Below are positions 39,656 to 48,674 of a stretch of 64,000 nucleotides of DNA, in pieces. This DNA is from an uncultured Rhodobacter sp. (lineage in GTDB: Bacteria; Pseudomonadota; Alphaproteobacteria; Rhodobacterales; Rhodobacteraceae). Position 1 is the stretch's first letter. Every line of letters begins with the position of its first letter. The DNA lies in the NCBI GenBank assembly GCA_964567685.1, contig CAZMNO010000011.1, positions 1,276 to 65,275 of the forward strand. Reading direction: 5' to 3'. The position numbers were made by a program, and so were the translations under genes. Below the pieces are notes generated by a model. It was not told the origin of the DNA. It was given only the letters and a program-made list of their open reading frames with translations, and did not search any database.

Positions 39656-40941
39656 GCACAGGAGGCCATAGACGGGTCTTCCTCTTGGGGGCAGACGGGT
39701 TTATCGGCCGGCATCTTGCATTTGCATTTCGCAAGGCCGGGCTTGAGGTGGTCTGCTCCGCCCGGCGGGTCTCGCGGCTATCTCAAATGGGGTTTGAGAC
39801 TTTTCAGGCCGATCTGACCAATCCCGGAACGCATGATCCCGAATTCTGGCGTGGCCATCTGAGAGAGGTTGATTTCGTCGTCATTGCCGCTGGTTTGCTG
39901 ACCGGCTCAGCCAGAGCCTTTGAGGCCGTTCATGAACTGGCCCCAAAGGCGATTTATGCGGCCATGAAACAGGGATCACGTGCCGTGTTGATCTCTGCCG
40001 TCGGGCTTGAGGCTGATACCCCTTTTGCCCACTTCCGTCGGCGCGGGGAAGCCATCGCCAACGAGGCCCCGGTAGACGCAACCATCCTGCGGCCCGGTCT
40101 GGTTCTCGCAGATACCTCTTACGGCGGCTCATCCCTGTTGCGGGCTCTTGCGGCTCTGCCCTTCGTCACACCGGTTATCGGCAGGGGAGATCAACGGTTC
40201 AATCCGCTGCATGTCGATGATTTGGCAAAAGTGGTGCGGGCTGTGCTGCACAGCAGGAAACCTCTTGGCACGCTTGAAGTCGGCGGTCCGGAAACTGTCA
40301 CTCTGACAGACGTTCTGGCTTCCTACCGGCGCTGGCTGGGGCTGCCGAAGTCCCGGCTTCTGTCCATACCGCCCGGCATTGCATTGATGATTGGCAAGGC
40401 AGGTGACGCGCTGGCGCTCGGTCCGGTTTCCGCCACCTCAGTCAACCAGCTTGCCACCGGAATTGGCGCAAATACCGAGGCGCTGGAAAAAGAGCTTTCC
40501 CCCAATCTCAGACCTATATCAGAATTCATCAGCACCCGCCCCGCCGCCACGCAGGACCTGTGGCAGGCGCGGCTCTATCTTCTTCGACCGCTTCTTCGTC
40601 TTGGTCTTGGCGTGATGTGGCTGGTCTCCGGCCTTCTTGGCCTGTTGCTCCCGCTTAGCCATTGGAGCGCGGCTTTCGCCGCCTCGGGCCTATCAGAAAC
40701 CAGCCTGATGTTGCTGGCCAAAACCGGTGGGGTTCTGGACCTCACCCTCGCTCTGGCACTGTTCAGGGCATGGCACCCAACCCTCACCGGAGTTCTGCAA
40801 TTATCCGTGGTTGGCATCTACACCCTTGCCCTCACTTTCCTTGCCCCTGTCCTGCGGCTCGATCCCTTTGGCGGATTGCTCAAAAACATCCCTGTCCTTT
40901 TGCTGATCCTCGTCTGGATGGTGCTGGAGGAAGAGCGATGA
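39652..40941 (+). CDS. NAD(P)-binding epimerase/SDR-like domain fused to a C-terminal DoxX-like 4-TM domain
   Basis: 429-aa ORF. The N-terminus has a Rossmann motif (VFLLGADGFIGRHL). The last ~130 aa form four TM helices. It overlaps mtnP by 4 bp. Confidence 0.72.
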
Positions 40942-41423
40942 CGGATCCCTATCTGATCGCCAAATGGATCCATATCCTGTCATCAACCCTCCTCTTCGGC
41001 ACCGGTATCGGCACTGCTTTTCAGATGGTCTGGGCGTTTCGTACGGGACGGGTCGAGACCATCCATTCGGTTGCAAAAGGGGTGGTTGTTGCCGATTGGA
41101 TTTTCACCACACCTGCCGGGATCATCCAACCGCTTAGCGGGTTCTGGCTGGTCTGGCTGCTAGGGTTTGCTCTGTTTGAGCCCTGGCTGATCCTCACCTA
41201 CATCCTTTATGTCATTGCGTTTTTATGCTGGGCACCCGTGGTGCATCTGCAAATACGCATCCGCGATCTGGCAGGGCAGGCACTTGCCGAAAACCAACCC
41301 CTTTCCATCGAAGCAACCCGGCTCTACCGCATCTGGTTCACCCTTGGCTGGCCCGCCTTTCTCAGCCTGATCGTGATTTTCTGGCTGATGATCGCCAAAC
41401 CGGCGCTTTGGGCGGCTGGCTAG
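40938..41423 (+). CDS. DUF2269-like integral membrane protein
   Basis: Start set at ATG 40938 (MTDPYLIAKWIHILSSTLLFGTG...), overlapping the upstream stop (ATGA). Four TM helices. The longer track ORF from 40662 overlaps the upstream gene out of frame. Confidence 0.7.
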   Translation: MTDPYLIAKWIHILSSTLLFGTGIGTAFQMVWAFRTGRVETIHSVAKGVVVADWIFTTPAGIIQPLSGFWLVWLLGFALFEPWLILTYILYVIAFLCWAPVVHLQIRIRDLAGQALAENQPLSIEATRLYRIWFTLGWPAFLSLIVIFWLMIAKPALWAAG

Positions 41424-42280
41424 CAGCCATGCGTGCGCGAATAGGCATTGAGCGCGGGCGGCTCCCAACCCTCAAGCGATCCTGCAAGCGGTTCAAACAC
41501 CTCAACCAGCAGCGGATAGCAGGCCGCCGCATCATCTGAATGCGAAGTCGAGCAATCCCCGCCAGGACAGGCCGAAAGACACCCAAGAAGATCAATTTCA
41601 GCAAAAAACTCCAGATAATCACCGGGGCGCACCGGGCTGGCTTTCATGAAATACTGGTGCGTGTCTTTCGTGAACCCCGTGCACATGAAAACATTCAGAA
41701 CGTCATGCACCAGTGGCTCCACTTCCGCCAATGATCGCCCGGTTTCCGCCGCCATTGCCCGTGTCAGGTTGGAGTGGCAGCAATGATGGTAATCGACCCC
41801 GCTCAAGACCTGATTGGTATATGGATCGCAGCGCGTGCCGATCACATCATGGACCGAACCACCAAAGGCATCAAACCCGTACCAGTCCAGCGTATCTCGG
41901 GTGATCGTCGCCATCGGGCGCATCTGCGGGAAAGACGACCACATACTGTCACCCGTTGACAGATGCGTGCCATGCAACGCCCGCGTCTTGCCTGAATAAA
42001 ATCGCTCAGATAGGTCACGGGCATTGAACAGGTTCAGATCCCCAACCTGCGGGCCTTCCATCGACACGATGCGAAAGAAATGCCCCGCCGGAACGTGGAA
42101 GCACGCAGCGTCGCGTGGTAGGGCGGTTACCTCGGCGGTTTTTCTCATGCCTTTGCGGGCTTTGCGCAAAACACCCATCGGTCGCGCTGGCAATGTATCC
42201 ACCGGATAGCAGATGACGGGAATTACAGACTTTCGCGTTTCGGCATCTTCTGGGGCTGCGCATTCGGGCGTGTATTTCAT
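41420..42280 (-). CDS. DUF1989 / urea-carboxylase-associated family protein
   Basis: Start set at ATG 42280 (MKYTPE...), preceded by GAGAGGTG. FHVPAGHFFRIV..EGPQVGDLNLFN and GDYLEFFAEIDLL are typical of DUF1989. Confidence 0.78.
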   Translation of the reverse strand: MKYTPECAAPEDAETRKSVIPVICYPVDTLPARPMGVLRKARKGMRKTAEVTALPRDAACFHVPAGHFFRIVSMEGPQVGDLNLFNARDLSERFYSGKTRALHGTHLSTGDSMWSSFPQMRPMATITRDTLDWYGFDAFGGSVHDVIGTRCDPYTNQVLSGVDYHHCCHSNLTRAMAAETGRSLAEVEPLVHDVLNVFMCTGFTKDTHQYFMKASPVRPGDYLEFFAEIDLLGCLSACPGGDCSTSHSDDAAACYPLLVEVFEPLAGSLEGWEPPALNAYSRTHGC

Positions 42281-42437
42281 CGCACCTCTCCTGATTTTTC
42301 CCTTACTATCTTGACCGATGAACTGCGCAGGGCAAACCCCTACCTGACGCATCTTGCCCCAAAACCCATATTCGCTGTTTGCCTTGGCGCAAGAGACAGC
42401 TAAACCGGTTCTGTCGTATTTCGTTGATGAGGATCAC

Positions 42438-42977
42438 ATGGCCCGTTCCACCGATGTGAAGGATTATATCCGTACCATCCCCGACTTCCCCCATGAAGGG
42501 ATACAGTTTCGCGACGTGACCACGCTCTTTGCCGATGCCCGCGGCTTTCGCATGGCAATCGACCAGCTGCTGCATCCCTATGCGGGCGAGCGGATCGATA
42601 AGGTGGTGGGGCTTGAAGCACGGGGATTCATCCTTGGAGGTGCCATTGCACACCAGCTATCGGTCGGTTTCGTGCCGATCCGCAAGAAGGGCAAACTGCC
42701 CGGCGCCACCATCGAAGAGGCCTATACGCTGGAATATGGCGAAGCGGTGATGGAAATGCATGATGACGTGATCGAAGCCGGTGAAAAGATCCTTGTCGTC
42801 GATGACCTGCTTGCCACCGGCGGCACCGCTGCTGCCGGCATTCGCCTGATCGAACGTGTGGGTGCCGAGGTCATGGGGTGCGCCTTCATCATCGACCTGC
42901 CCGAACTTGGCGGACGTAAAGTGCTCGATGACATGGGCATGAACGTCCATGTACTTTGTGAGTTCGAAGGCGGTTGA
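42438..42977 (+). CDS. apt: Adenine phosphoribosyltransferase
   Basis: Start set at the internal ATG 42438, giving a typical 179-aa Apt. [15 protein letters not shown], and the PRPP loop [14 protein letters not shown]. Confidence 0.9.
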   Translation: MARSTDVKDYIRTIPDFPHEGIQFRDVTTLFADARGFRMAIDQLLHPYAGERIDKVVGLEARGFILGGAIAHQLSVGFVPIRKKGKLPGATIEEAYTLEYGEAVMEMHDDVIEAGEKILVVDDLLATGGTAAAGIRLIERVGAEVMGCAFIIDLPELGGRKVLDDMGMNVHVLCEFEGG

Positions 42978-43054
42978 GTCTTAACCAATTCTTAACCCTG
43001 CAACGCCAGACTGGGCCCAGTAACGAGTTATTGAGGCATCGAATGGGGGCTTCA

Positions 43055-43082
43055 CCCCCCTTCGGCTTGTGCCGGAGGGGGG
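43055..43082. terminator. Strong GC hairpin downstream of apt (possible intrinsic terminator lacking a U-tract)
   Basis: CCCCCCTTCGG-cttgtg-CCGGAGGGGGG forms an 11-bp stem with one G-U pair and a 6-nt loop, ~77 nt after the apt stop. It is followed by ACGTTCCC, not a T run. Confidence 0.3.
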
Positions 43083-43169
43083 ACGTTCCCACCGCCTCGG
43101 TCAGGCGAAATATCAGCAGCGTGTCACGGACGCGCTGGCTGTCCCCTCATAACAGATTCCAAACAGACA

Positions 43170-43215
43170 GGTGCGCGACAGCTATGCGCGGCGGGCTGCA
43201 CCCTTTGTTCCGCGC
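43170..43215 (+). repeat. 46-nt structured intergenic repeat, copy A
   Basis: ggtgcgcgacagctatGCGCGGcGGGctgcaCCCtttgttCCGCGC. By my position-by-position count, 40 of 46 positions are identical to copy B at 51670-51715, in the same orientation. Confidence 0.7.
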
Positions 43216-43277
43216 TCAAGTGGTTTGCAGCTCAGGGTAAAATCGAACGGTGGTTTCGACTTGCGAATGAGTTGCTC

Positions 43278-43667
43278 CTAAGAACCGTTGGCGTAAGACA
43301 CCACCTCAATCTCAACCCCATCCGGGCCATCGAAATAAAACCGGCAACCGGGCGCGTAATCGGCGTGGGAATGGGGTGTGTATCCTGCGTCTTTGACCTT
43401 TTTCTCAACCTGATCCAGATTGCTGACAACGACACCCAGATGGTTCAACCCGCCGGGTGTCTGGTAGGAATCCGTGCCTTTTGCATCGCCGCCACCTGAA
43501 TACAACGCGACATAGCTTCCATCGCCACCGACATGCACCGAAAGCCCGTCATTTGTAGCCGCTCCGCGCCAGCGGACTTTCCAGTCAAACAGATCGCATA
43601 GCAGGGCAGCAAACCCATCCGGGTCGCTGACGGTCACATTGGCATGTTCAAGAAACGCTTGGGACAC
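43278..43667 (-). CDS. VOC/glyoxalase-family protein, likely SoxR target
   Basis: The track ORF starts at a TTG (43703) that lies inside the predicted -10 box. I prefer the GTG at 43667 (MSQAFLEHANVTV...), preceded by GGAGA. Glyoxalase-like beta-alpha-beta-beta-beta pattern (LNHLGVVV, FYFDGPDGVEIEVV). Confidence 0.78.
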   Translation of the reverse strand: MSQAFLEHANVTVSDPDGFAALLCDLFDWKVRWRGAATNDGLSVHVGGDGSYVALYSGGGDAKGTDSYQTPGGLNHLGVVVSNLDQVEKKVKDAGYTPHSHADYAPGCRFYFDGPDGVEIEVVSYANGS

Positions 43668-43702
43668 TTGTTTTCTCCACAGAGTTATATAATGATTCTT
43701 CA

Positions 43703-43733
43703 ACTATAATTCCTCAAGTCAACTTTAGGTGAA
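43703..43733 (-). promoter_or_regulatory. SoxR-type (MerR-class) promoter: -35 TTCACC, 19-bp spacer containing the SoxR box, -10 TATAGT
   Basis: The minus strand reads TTCACC-taaagttgacttgaggaat-TATAGT. The plus-strand box 43711-43730, TCCTCAAGTcaACTTTAGGT, is a near-perfect match to the CCTCAAGTTAACTTGAGG SoxR operator. Confidence 0.65.
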
Positions 43734-43747
43734 GAGGTTTTTCACAA

Positions 43748-44206
43748 GTGTCGGAATATATACCAATCGGCTATGTGGCACGTCGAACGGGTTTGGCGGT
43801 ATCCGCAATCCGTTATTATGAAAGCGTCGGTCTGATCAAACCCGTGCGCTCCATTAGCGGTCAGCGCCAGTTCCGGCGCGCCGATATCCGACGCCTGTCA
43901 TTCATTCAGATTGCGCAGCAGATGGGGTTTTCGATTTCAGAAATCCGCGAGCGCTTGTCGAACCTGCCCAATAGCCGCACACCCAACAAGCGGGACTGGC
44001 AGATCATCAGCAAAAACTTCCGTGAGGTGCTGGACCAAAAAATCGCCACGCTTGAAAAAATGCGTGACAATCTGGATGGCTGCATCGGGTGCGGGTGTCT
44101 TTCACTTAGCCGGTGTCGCCTTTACAACGCCGATGACACCGCACGCCGCTACGGTCCGGGGGCACGTTTTCTTCTTGGTGATACCGCAGATCCAGATATC
44201 AAATAG
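43748..44206 (+). CDS. soxR: Redox-sensitive MerR-family regulator SoxR
   Basis: 152-aa ORF with a GTG start. It has a MerR helix-turn-helix (IGYVARRTGLAVSAIRYYE) and the diagnostic C-terminal [2Fe-2S] motif CIGCGCLSLSRC. Confidence 0.9.
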   Translation: MSEYIPIGYVARRTGLAVSAIRYYESVGLIKPVRSISGQRQFRRADIRRLSFIQIAQQMGFSISEIRERLSNLPNSRTPNKRDWQIISKNFREVLDQKIATLEKMRDNLDGCIGCGCLSLSRCRLYNADDTARRYGPGARFLLGDTADPDIK

Positions 44207-44215
44207 GCGCCGCTT

Positions 44216-45874
44216 TCAACTCTCGTCGCGCCAGCGATTGACAATTGGATAGCGCCGGTCAAGCCAGAACGCTGCCCCTGATGTGCGGGCGCCGGGGGCT
44301 GACTGAAACCGTTTATATTCAGAGATATAGATCAGATGCTCCACCCGTTTGACCGTCGCCCGGTCAAACCCCGCCGCAACGATCTCGGCCACCGACTGAT
44401 CATGGTCGATCAGTCTCTCCAGAATGGCATCCAACACTTCGTAGGGTGGCAGGCTGTCCTGGTCCTTCTGGTCTTCGCGCAATTCCGCTGAGGGGGGTTT
44501 GTCGATCACTGATGGCGGGATCACTTCACCCTCAGGGCCCATCATCCAAGAGCGGTGGTTGGCGTTGCGCCAGCGGCAGGTCTCAAACACCCGCATTTTA
44601 TATAGGTCCTTGATCGGGTTATACCCCCCCGCCATATCGCCATAGATCGTCGCATAGCCAACCGCGACCTCGGATTTATTACCTGTGGTCAGAAGCATCT
44701 CACCAAACTTGTTGCTCATCGCCATCAGCAAAAGCCCGCGTAGGCGCGACTGAATGTTTTCTTCGGTCAGATCAGCGTCAGTACCGGCAAATATCGGCGC
44801 AAGTGTTTCGGTAATCGCCTGTCGGCCAGCCGAAATCGGCACCGTATCAAGCTGGCAATCAAGCCTCGTTGCAATCTCCGTCGCATCATCAAGCGAGCTT
44901 TGCGAGGTATATTCCGAAGGCAGCATCACAGAGCGCACATTCTCAGGTCCCAGCGCATCGGCAGCAATCACCGCAACAATGGCGGAATCGATTCCGCCCG
45001 AAAGCCCTAAGAGCACCTTCTTGAATCCGGTTTTGCCCATGTAGTCGCGCAGGGCCTCGACCATCACCCGGTAATCCTGCTCCCAGACATCGGGAAAGGT
45101 CTTGAGCGTGCCTTTTTCCGCCCGCCAGCCCTTCGGCCCGCGCTCAAAATCCACATGGGCGATTTCCTCGTCAAAAATCGACATTTGCATGGCCAGTTCG
45201 CCACCGGGATTAAGCACGAAAGAGGCACCGTCAAACACCTGATCGTCCTGCCCGCCGACCATATTCAGATAGACCAGCGGCAATCCGGTCTCGACCACCC
45301 GTGCCACCATCTGACTGACCCGACGGTCGAATTTATTGCGGTAGTAAGGCGAGCCATTGGGCACCAGCAGGATATCTGCACCTGATTCCTGCAAAGATTC
45401 ACAAACGTCCTGATGCCAGGCATCCTCGCAAATCGGTGAACCGATGCGAACGCCATTCAGATTGAACGGCCCGGCAACCGGCCCGTGTTCAAAAAGTCTC
45501 TTTTCATCAAACACATGTGTGTTGGGTAAGTGGTGTTTCTTGACGGTGGCAGCAATCGCGCCGTCTTTCAGAATGAAATAGGCATTGAATAGCGCGCCAT
45601 CCTCATAAAGCGGGCCACCAATGCCGATGGCGGGTCCCTCGGCGCAATCTTTTGCAAGCGCCTCGACATGCGCCATGGCATCGCGGAAAAAGGCCGGTTT
45701 CAGCATCAGATCCTGAGTTTGATACCCGGTCATGAACAATTCCGGCAGGCACAGCATATCGGCGGATGCCGCCTTAGCCTCAGCATGTGCATTCCGGGCT
45801 TTTGCCGCGTTTCCGGCCAGATCCCCCACCGTCGGGTTCAGTTGGGCCAGCGTCAGGCGAATCCGGTCGAACAT
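44216..45874 (-). CDS. nadE: Glutamine-dependent NAD+ synthetase (CN-hydrolase domain plus NAD synthase domain)
   Basis: Start set at MFDRIRLTLAQLNP (ATG 45874). N-terminal nitrilase-like domain (CEDAW) and a C-terminal PP-loop (LGLSGGIDSA). Confidence 0.9.
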   Translation of the reverse strand: MFDRIRLTLAQLNPTVGDLAGNAAKARNAHAEAKAASADMLCLPELFMTGYQTQDLMLKPAFFRDAMAHVEALAKDCAEGPAIGIGGPLYEDGALFNAYFILKDGAIAATVKKHHLPNTHVFDEKRLFEHGPVAGPFNLNGVRIGSPICEDAWHQDVCESLQESGADILLVPNGSPYYRNKFDRRVSQMVARVVETGLPLVYLNMVGGQDDQVFDGASFVLNPGGELAMQMSIFDEEIAHVDFERGPKGWRAEKGTLKTFPDVWEQDYRVMVEALRDYMGKTGFKKVLLGLSGGIDSAIVAVIAADALGPENVRSVMLPSEYTSQSSLDDATEIATRLDCQLDTVPISAGRQAITETLAPIFAGTDADLTEENIQSRLRGLLLMAMSNKFGEMLLTTGNKSEVAVGYATIYGDMAGGYNPIKDLYKMRVFETCRWRNANHRSWMMGPEGEVIPPSVIDKPPSAELREDQKDQDSLPPYEVLDAILERLIDHDQSVAEIVAAGFDRATVKRVEHLIYISEYKRFQSAPGARTSGAAFWLDRRYPIVNRWRDES

Positions 45875-45991
45875 CGGCAATGGTTCCTTCAACCTCACAA
45901 TACGGTGCCAAGTTTTAGCAGAACCTCGCCGAAGGGAAAGCGGCTTCCTATGGGAAAACCGTTGTCAGCCAAAACCCAAAGCCCTAATGTC

Positions 45992-47467
45992 ATGCCAACA
46001 AACCAGCAGAGCTGGCAAGCCAGAGGCGGAGGCTGGGGCTCGGCCCCAGAGCATGATTTGAAAACACGCGCAATTGTGGTCAGGGCCGTCGCCCTTTCGT
46101 CACTCCTTATGACGCTGGCGCCAATGGCGCTGGCACAGGCAACAGGCGAGATCGTTACCAAGGAATATGATACCGGCGGTGTCTATGAGGGCACGTTCAA
46201 AGACGGCAGGCAACACGGGCATGGAACTTTCACCCTGCCCAGCGGCTATGAGTACACCGGCGAGTGGTTTGAGGGCGAGATTCGCGGCCAGGGCGTCGCC
46301 CAGTTCCCCAACGGTTCGATTTACGAGGGAAGTTTTGCTGCGGGCAAACCCGAAGGCACTGGCAAGATCACCTTTGCCGATGGTGGCACTTATGTCGGCG
46401 AATGGGCTGATGGCAAGATTTCCGGCACAGGTGTGGCACGCTATGCCAACGGGGTAAAATACGACGGCGAGTTTCAGAACGCGCTGCACCACGGCACCGG
46501 CACGATGATCAGCCCAAACGGCTACAAATACGAAGGCAATTGGGTCAACGGCATCAAAAGCGGCGCAGGCACGATCACCTATCCGGATGGCGCGATCTAT
46601 TCCGGTGACATCGTCAATGGTGTACGCGAGGGCCAGGGCGAACTGAAGATGCCCGACGGGCTGGCCTATATCGGCGCCTGGAAGAACGGCCAGATCAACG
46701 GGCTCGGGGTGCTGACGCAAGCCAATGGCGACGTCTACGAGGGCCTTCTCGTCAGCGGCCAGCGCCATGGGACCGGCATCGTGCGCTATGCCAATGGCGA
46801 TACCTATGAAGGCGGGTTCGTCAAGGACCAGCGCCACGGCAAGGGGCTTTTCACCGGCAAGGATGGCTATATCTATGACGGCGGCTGGGTTGAGGGCCGG
46901 ATCGAAGGGGAAGGCACGGTCACCTATCCGGACGGGTCGATCTATACCGGGGGCTTCAAAAATGATCTGGCCGACGGCACGGGTAAAATCACCTATTCGG
47001 ACGGATCTTCCTACGAAGGCGGCTGGGCAAAAGGCGTGATCGAAGGCAGCGGTATCGCGCGCTATGCCAACGGGTTGGTTTATGAAGGCGAGTTCAAAGA
47101 CGCAAAGAACCACGGCACCGGCACCATGACCTATGGCGACGGCTACAAATATGTCGGCGGGTGGTCTGACGGGCTCCGCCACGGACAGGGTGAAGCGACC
47201 TATGCCGATGGCACGGTTTACACCGGTGAATTCAACGCCGGTCAACGTGATGGTGCGGGTTCCATCGTGATGCCTGACGGATTCAATTATGATGGCCAGT
47301 GGAAAGACGGCGAGATCGATGGTGAGGGAATTGCGACCTATGCCAATGGCGATGTCTATACCGGCTTTTTTGCCCGCGGCAAACGCCAGGGCGAAGGCAA
47401 GATGGAATACGCCAGCGGCGAGATCAGAGCCGGCACCTGGTCTGACGGGCGGCTGGTCGAAGAATAA
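45992..47467 (+). CDS. Secreted MORN-repeat protein (18 tandem MORN units)
   Basis: The track ORF begins inside nadE antisense. Realistic starts are ATG 45992 or TTG 46058; the latter gives MKTRAIVVRAVALSSLLMTLAPMALAQA, a signal peptide. The rest is Y-x-G-x-(W/F)-x-x-G-x-x-x-G-x-G repeats. Confidence 0.85.
   Translation: MPTNQQSWQARGGGWGSAPEHDLKTRAIVVRAVALSSLLMTLAPMALAQATGEIVTKEYDTGGVYEGTFKDGRQHGHGTFTLPSGYEYTGEWFEGEIRGQGVAQFPNGSIYEGSFAAGKPEGTGKITFADGGTYVGEWADGKISGTGVARYANGVKYDGEFQNALHHGTGTMISPNGYKYEGNWVNGIKSGAGTITYPDGAIYSGDIVNGVREGQGELKMPDGLAYIGAWKNGQINGLGVLTQANGDVYEGLLVSGQRHGTGIVRYANGDTYEGGFVKDQRHGKGLFTGKDGYIYDGGWVEGRIEGEGTVTYPDGSIYTGGFKNDLADGTGKITYSDGSSYEGGWAKGVIEGSGIARYANGLVYEGEFKDAKNHGTGTMTYGDGYKYVGGWSDGLRHGQGEATYADGTVYTGEFNAGQRDGAGSIVMPDGFNYDGQWKDGEIDGEGIATYANGDVYTGFFARGKRQGEGKMEYASGEIRAGTWSDGRLVEE
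46178..47419 (+). repeat. 18 consecutive 69-bp (23-codon) MORN repeat units inside the CDS
   Basis: I segmented the protein into 18 uninterrupted 23-residue units, from GVYEGTFKDGRQHGHGTFTLPSG to DVYTGFFARGKRQGEGKMEYASG, plus a 15-aa partial unit. Confidence 0.85.
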
Positions 47468-47486
47468 TCTTAAAGGAGTTTTCCCC

Positions 47487-48050
47487 ATGCGTTTGATTTT
47501 GTCCGGGCTGATCCTGTCGGCCCTCCTGGCCACCAATGCCCTGGCCGGAACCATCGAAGATAACTTCAAACGCGCAGTTGAGGAGGCAGAGGCGGGCAAT
47601 GGCACTGCAAGTGCCGCTGCCATGCGCGAAGCGGCTGCCGATCTGTGGCTGGAAACGCCACTTGGTTTTTCCGAGGCCCTTTTCGTTACAGGTGACACGC
47701 TTTTATTTGGTGCCTTTGATCCGCGCGACTCCAACGTCTTCAAAGCAGGCGATGTTGTTTTCGTATATGCCGAACCGATCGGTTATGGCTGGCGTAAAGA
47801 GGGCGATTTCTTTGTCACCGAGCTGGTCGTCGATGCCGCCCTGCTTGCCCCGGAAGGCGATGTTCTGTGGGAGCAAAAGGAGTTTGGCAAGTTCGATCTC
47901 GCTAGCCGCCGCCGCTTCATGGAATATATGCTCAACCTTGAACTGAACATTTCCGGTCTGCCAGCGGGTAAATACGTGCTCGAATATTCGCTGACCGACA
48001 ATGTTCTGGGCAATCAGGCCAAGATAACTCTGCCGCTTATCGGTGAATAA
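47487..48050 (+). CDS. Secreted hypothetical protein downstream of the MORN gene
   Basis: Start set at ATG 47487, preceded by AAAGGAG. Signal peptide MRLILSGLILSALLATNALAG. 187 aa with no recognisable motif. Confidence 0.6.
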   Translation: MRLILSGLILSALLATNALAGTIEDNFKRAVEEAEAGNGTASAAAMREAAADLWLETPLGFSEALFVTGDTLLFGAFDPRDSNVFKAGDVVFVYAEPIGYGWRKEGDFFVTELVVDAALLAPEGDVLWEQKEFGKFDLASRRRFMEYMLNLELNISGLPAGKYVLEYSLTDNVLGNQAKITLPLIGE

Positions 48051-48062
48051 GCCACCGGTAAG

Positions 48063-48674
48063 TCACTTTTGACGCGGCTGGCGAAACCCGTCGATCTGAA
48101 GTGATATCAGACGCCCGCCCTCACGAACCAGATCAAAACACCGGTTGTTGAGCGACCAGCGCATGGCTGAACCCTGAATCAAGGACAGCAACAGCGCCGC
48201 AGCATCCTCCGCGTTTAGCGAGCTGCGAAACTCCTCCTGTTCCACACCCCGGGCAAAGAGGGCTGCAAAGACGGCTTGTCGATTGCCCATCAACGCCACG
48301 AACCGCAGTCTGAGCTGGTCGTTCTCTGCATGCAATTCACGCGAAAAAAGGATCGCGGGGATCGCCGGATTATCCTGAATGAACGACAGGTGGCGCTCGA
48401 TCACGTCCTGCAGACAATCCGCTGCTGACTGGTCCGGCCCCAACTGGATTTCACTATTCGTATCCAGAAAAACCGAAATACGCTCGGCCACCGCCATCCA
48501 GATATCACCCTTGGTCGGGAAATGCCGGAAAATCGCCGGCTGCGATATCCCGATCTCTTCAGCCACATGCTGGGTTGTCAATCGGTCCGGCCCCAATTCA
48601 CCGGCCAGCCGGATTGCCGTCTCGACAATCTCCTCTTTGCGCTGGCTGGCGGGTTTTCTTCGCTGCACTGTCAA
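48063..48674 (-). CDS. TetR-family transcriptional regulator
   Basis: The HTH region EIVETAIRLAGELGPDRLTTQHVAEEIGISQPAIFRHFPTKGDIW is classic TetR. No ATG precedes it in the ORF, so the likely start is the TTG at 48674 (MTVQRRKPAS...), which overlaps the upstream stop (TTGA). The track's 85-aa N-terminal extension is Cys/Gly junk overlapping the upstream gene. Confidence 0.85.
   Translation of the reverse strand: MTVQRRKPASQRKEEIVETAIRLAGELGPDRLTTQHVAEEIGISQPAIFRHFPTKGDIWMAVAERISVFLDTNSEIQLGPDQSAADCLQDVIERHLSFIQDNPAIPAILFSRELHAENDQLRLRFVALMGNRQAVFAALFARGVEQEEFRSSLNAEDAAALLLSLIQGSAMRWSLNNRCFDLVREGGRLISLQIDGFRQPRQK

Noticed and set aside
45668-45991. Upstream 108 codons of the MORN ORF
   Set aside because: It overlaps the 5' end of nadE on the opposite strand and has no signal peptide. 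The signal peptide appears only after 45992/46058.
46100-47743. 547-aa minus-strand ORF
   Set aside because: It is antisense to the MORN-repeat gene. The open frame is a by-product of the 69-bp periodic, stop-poor repeat. Its translation is low-complexity (A/G/I/D) and has no signal or motif.
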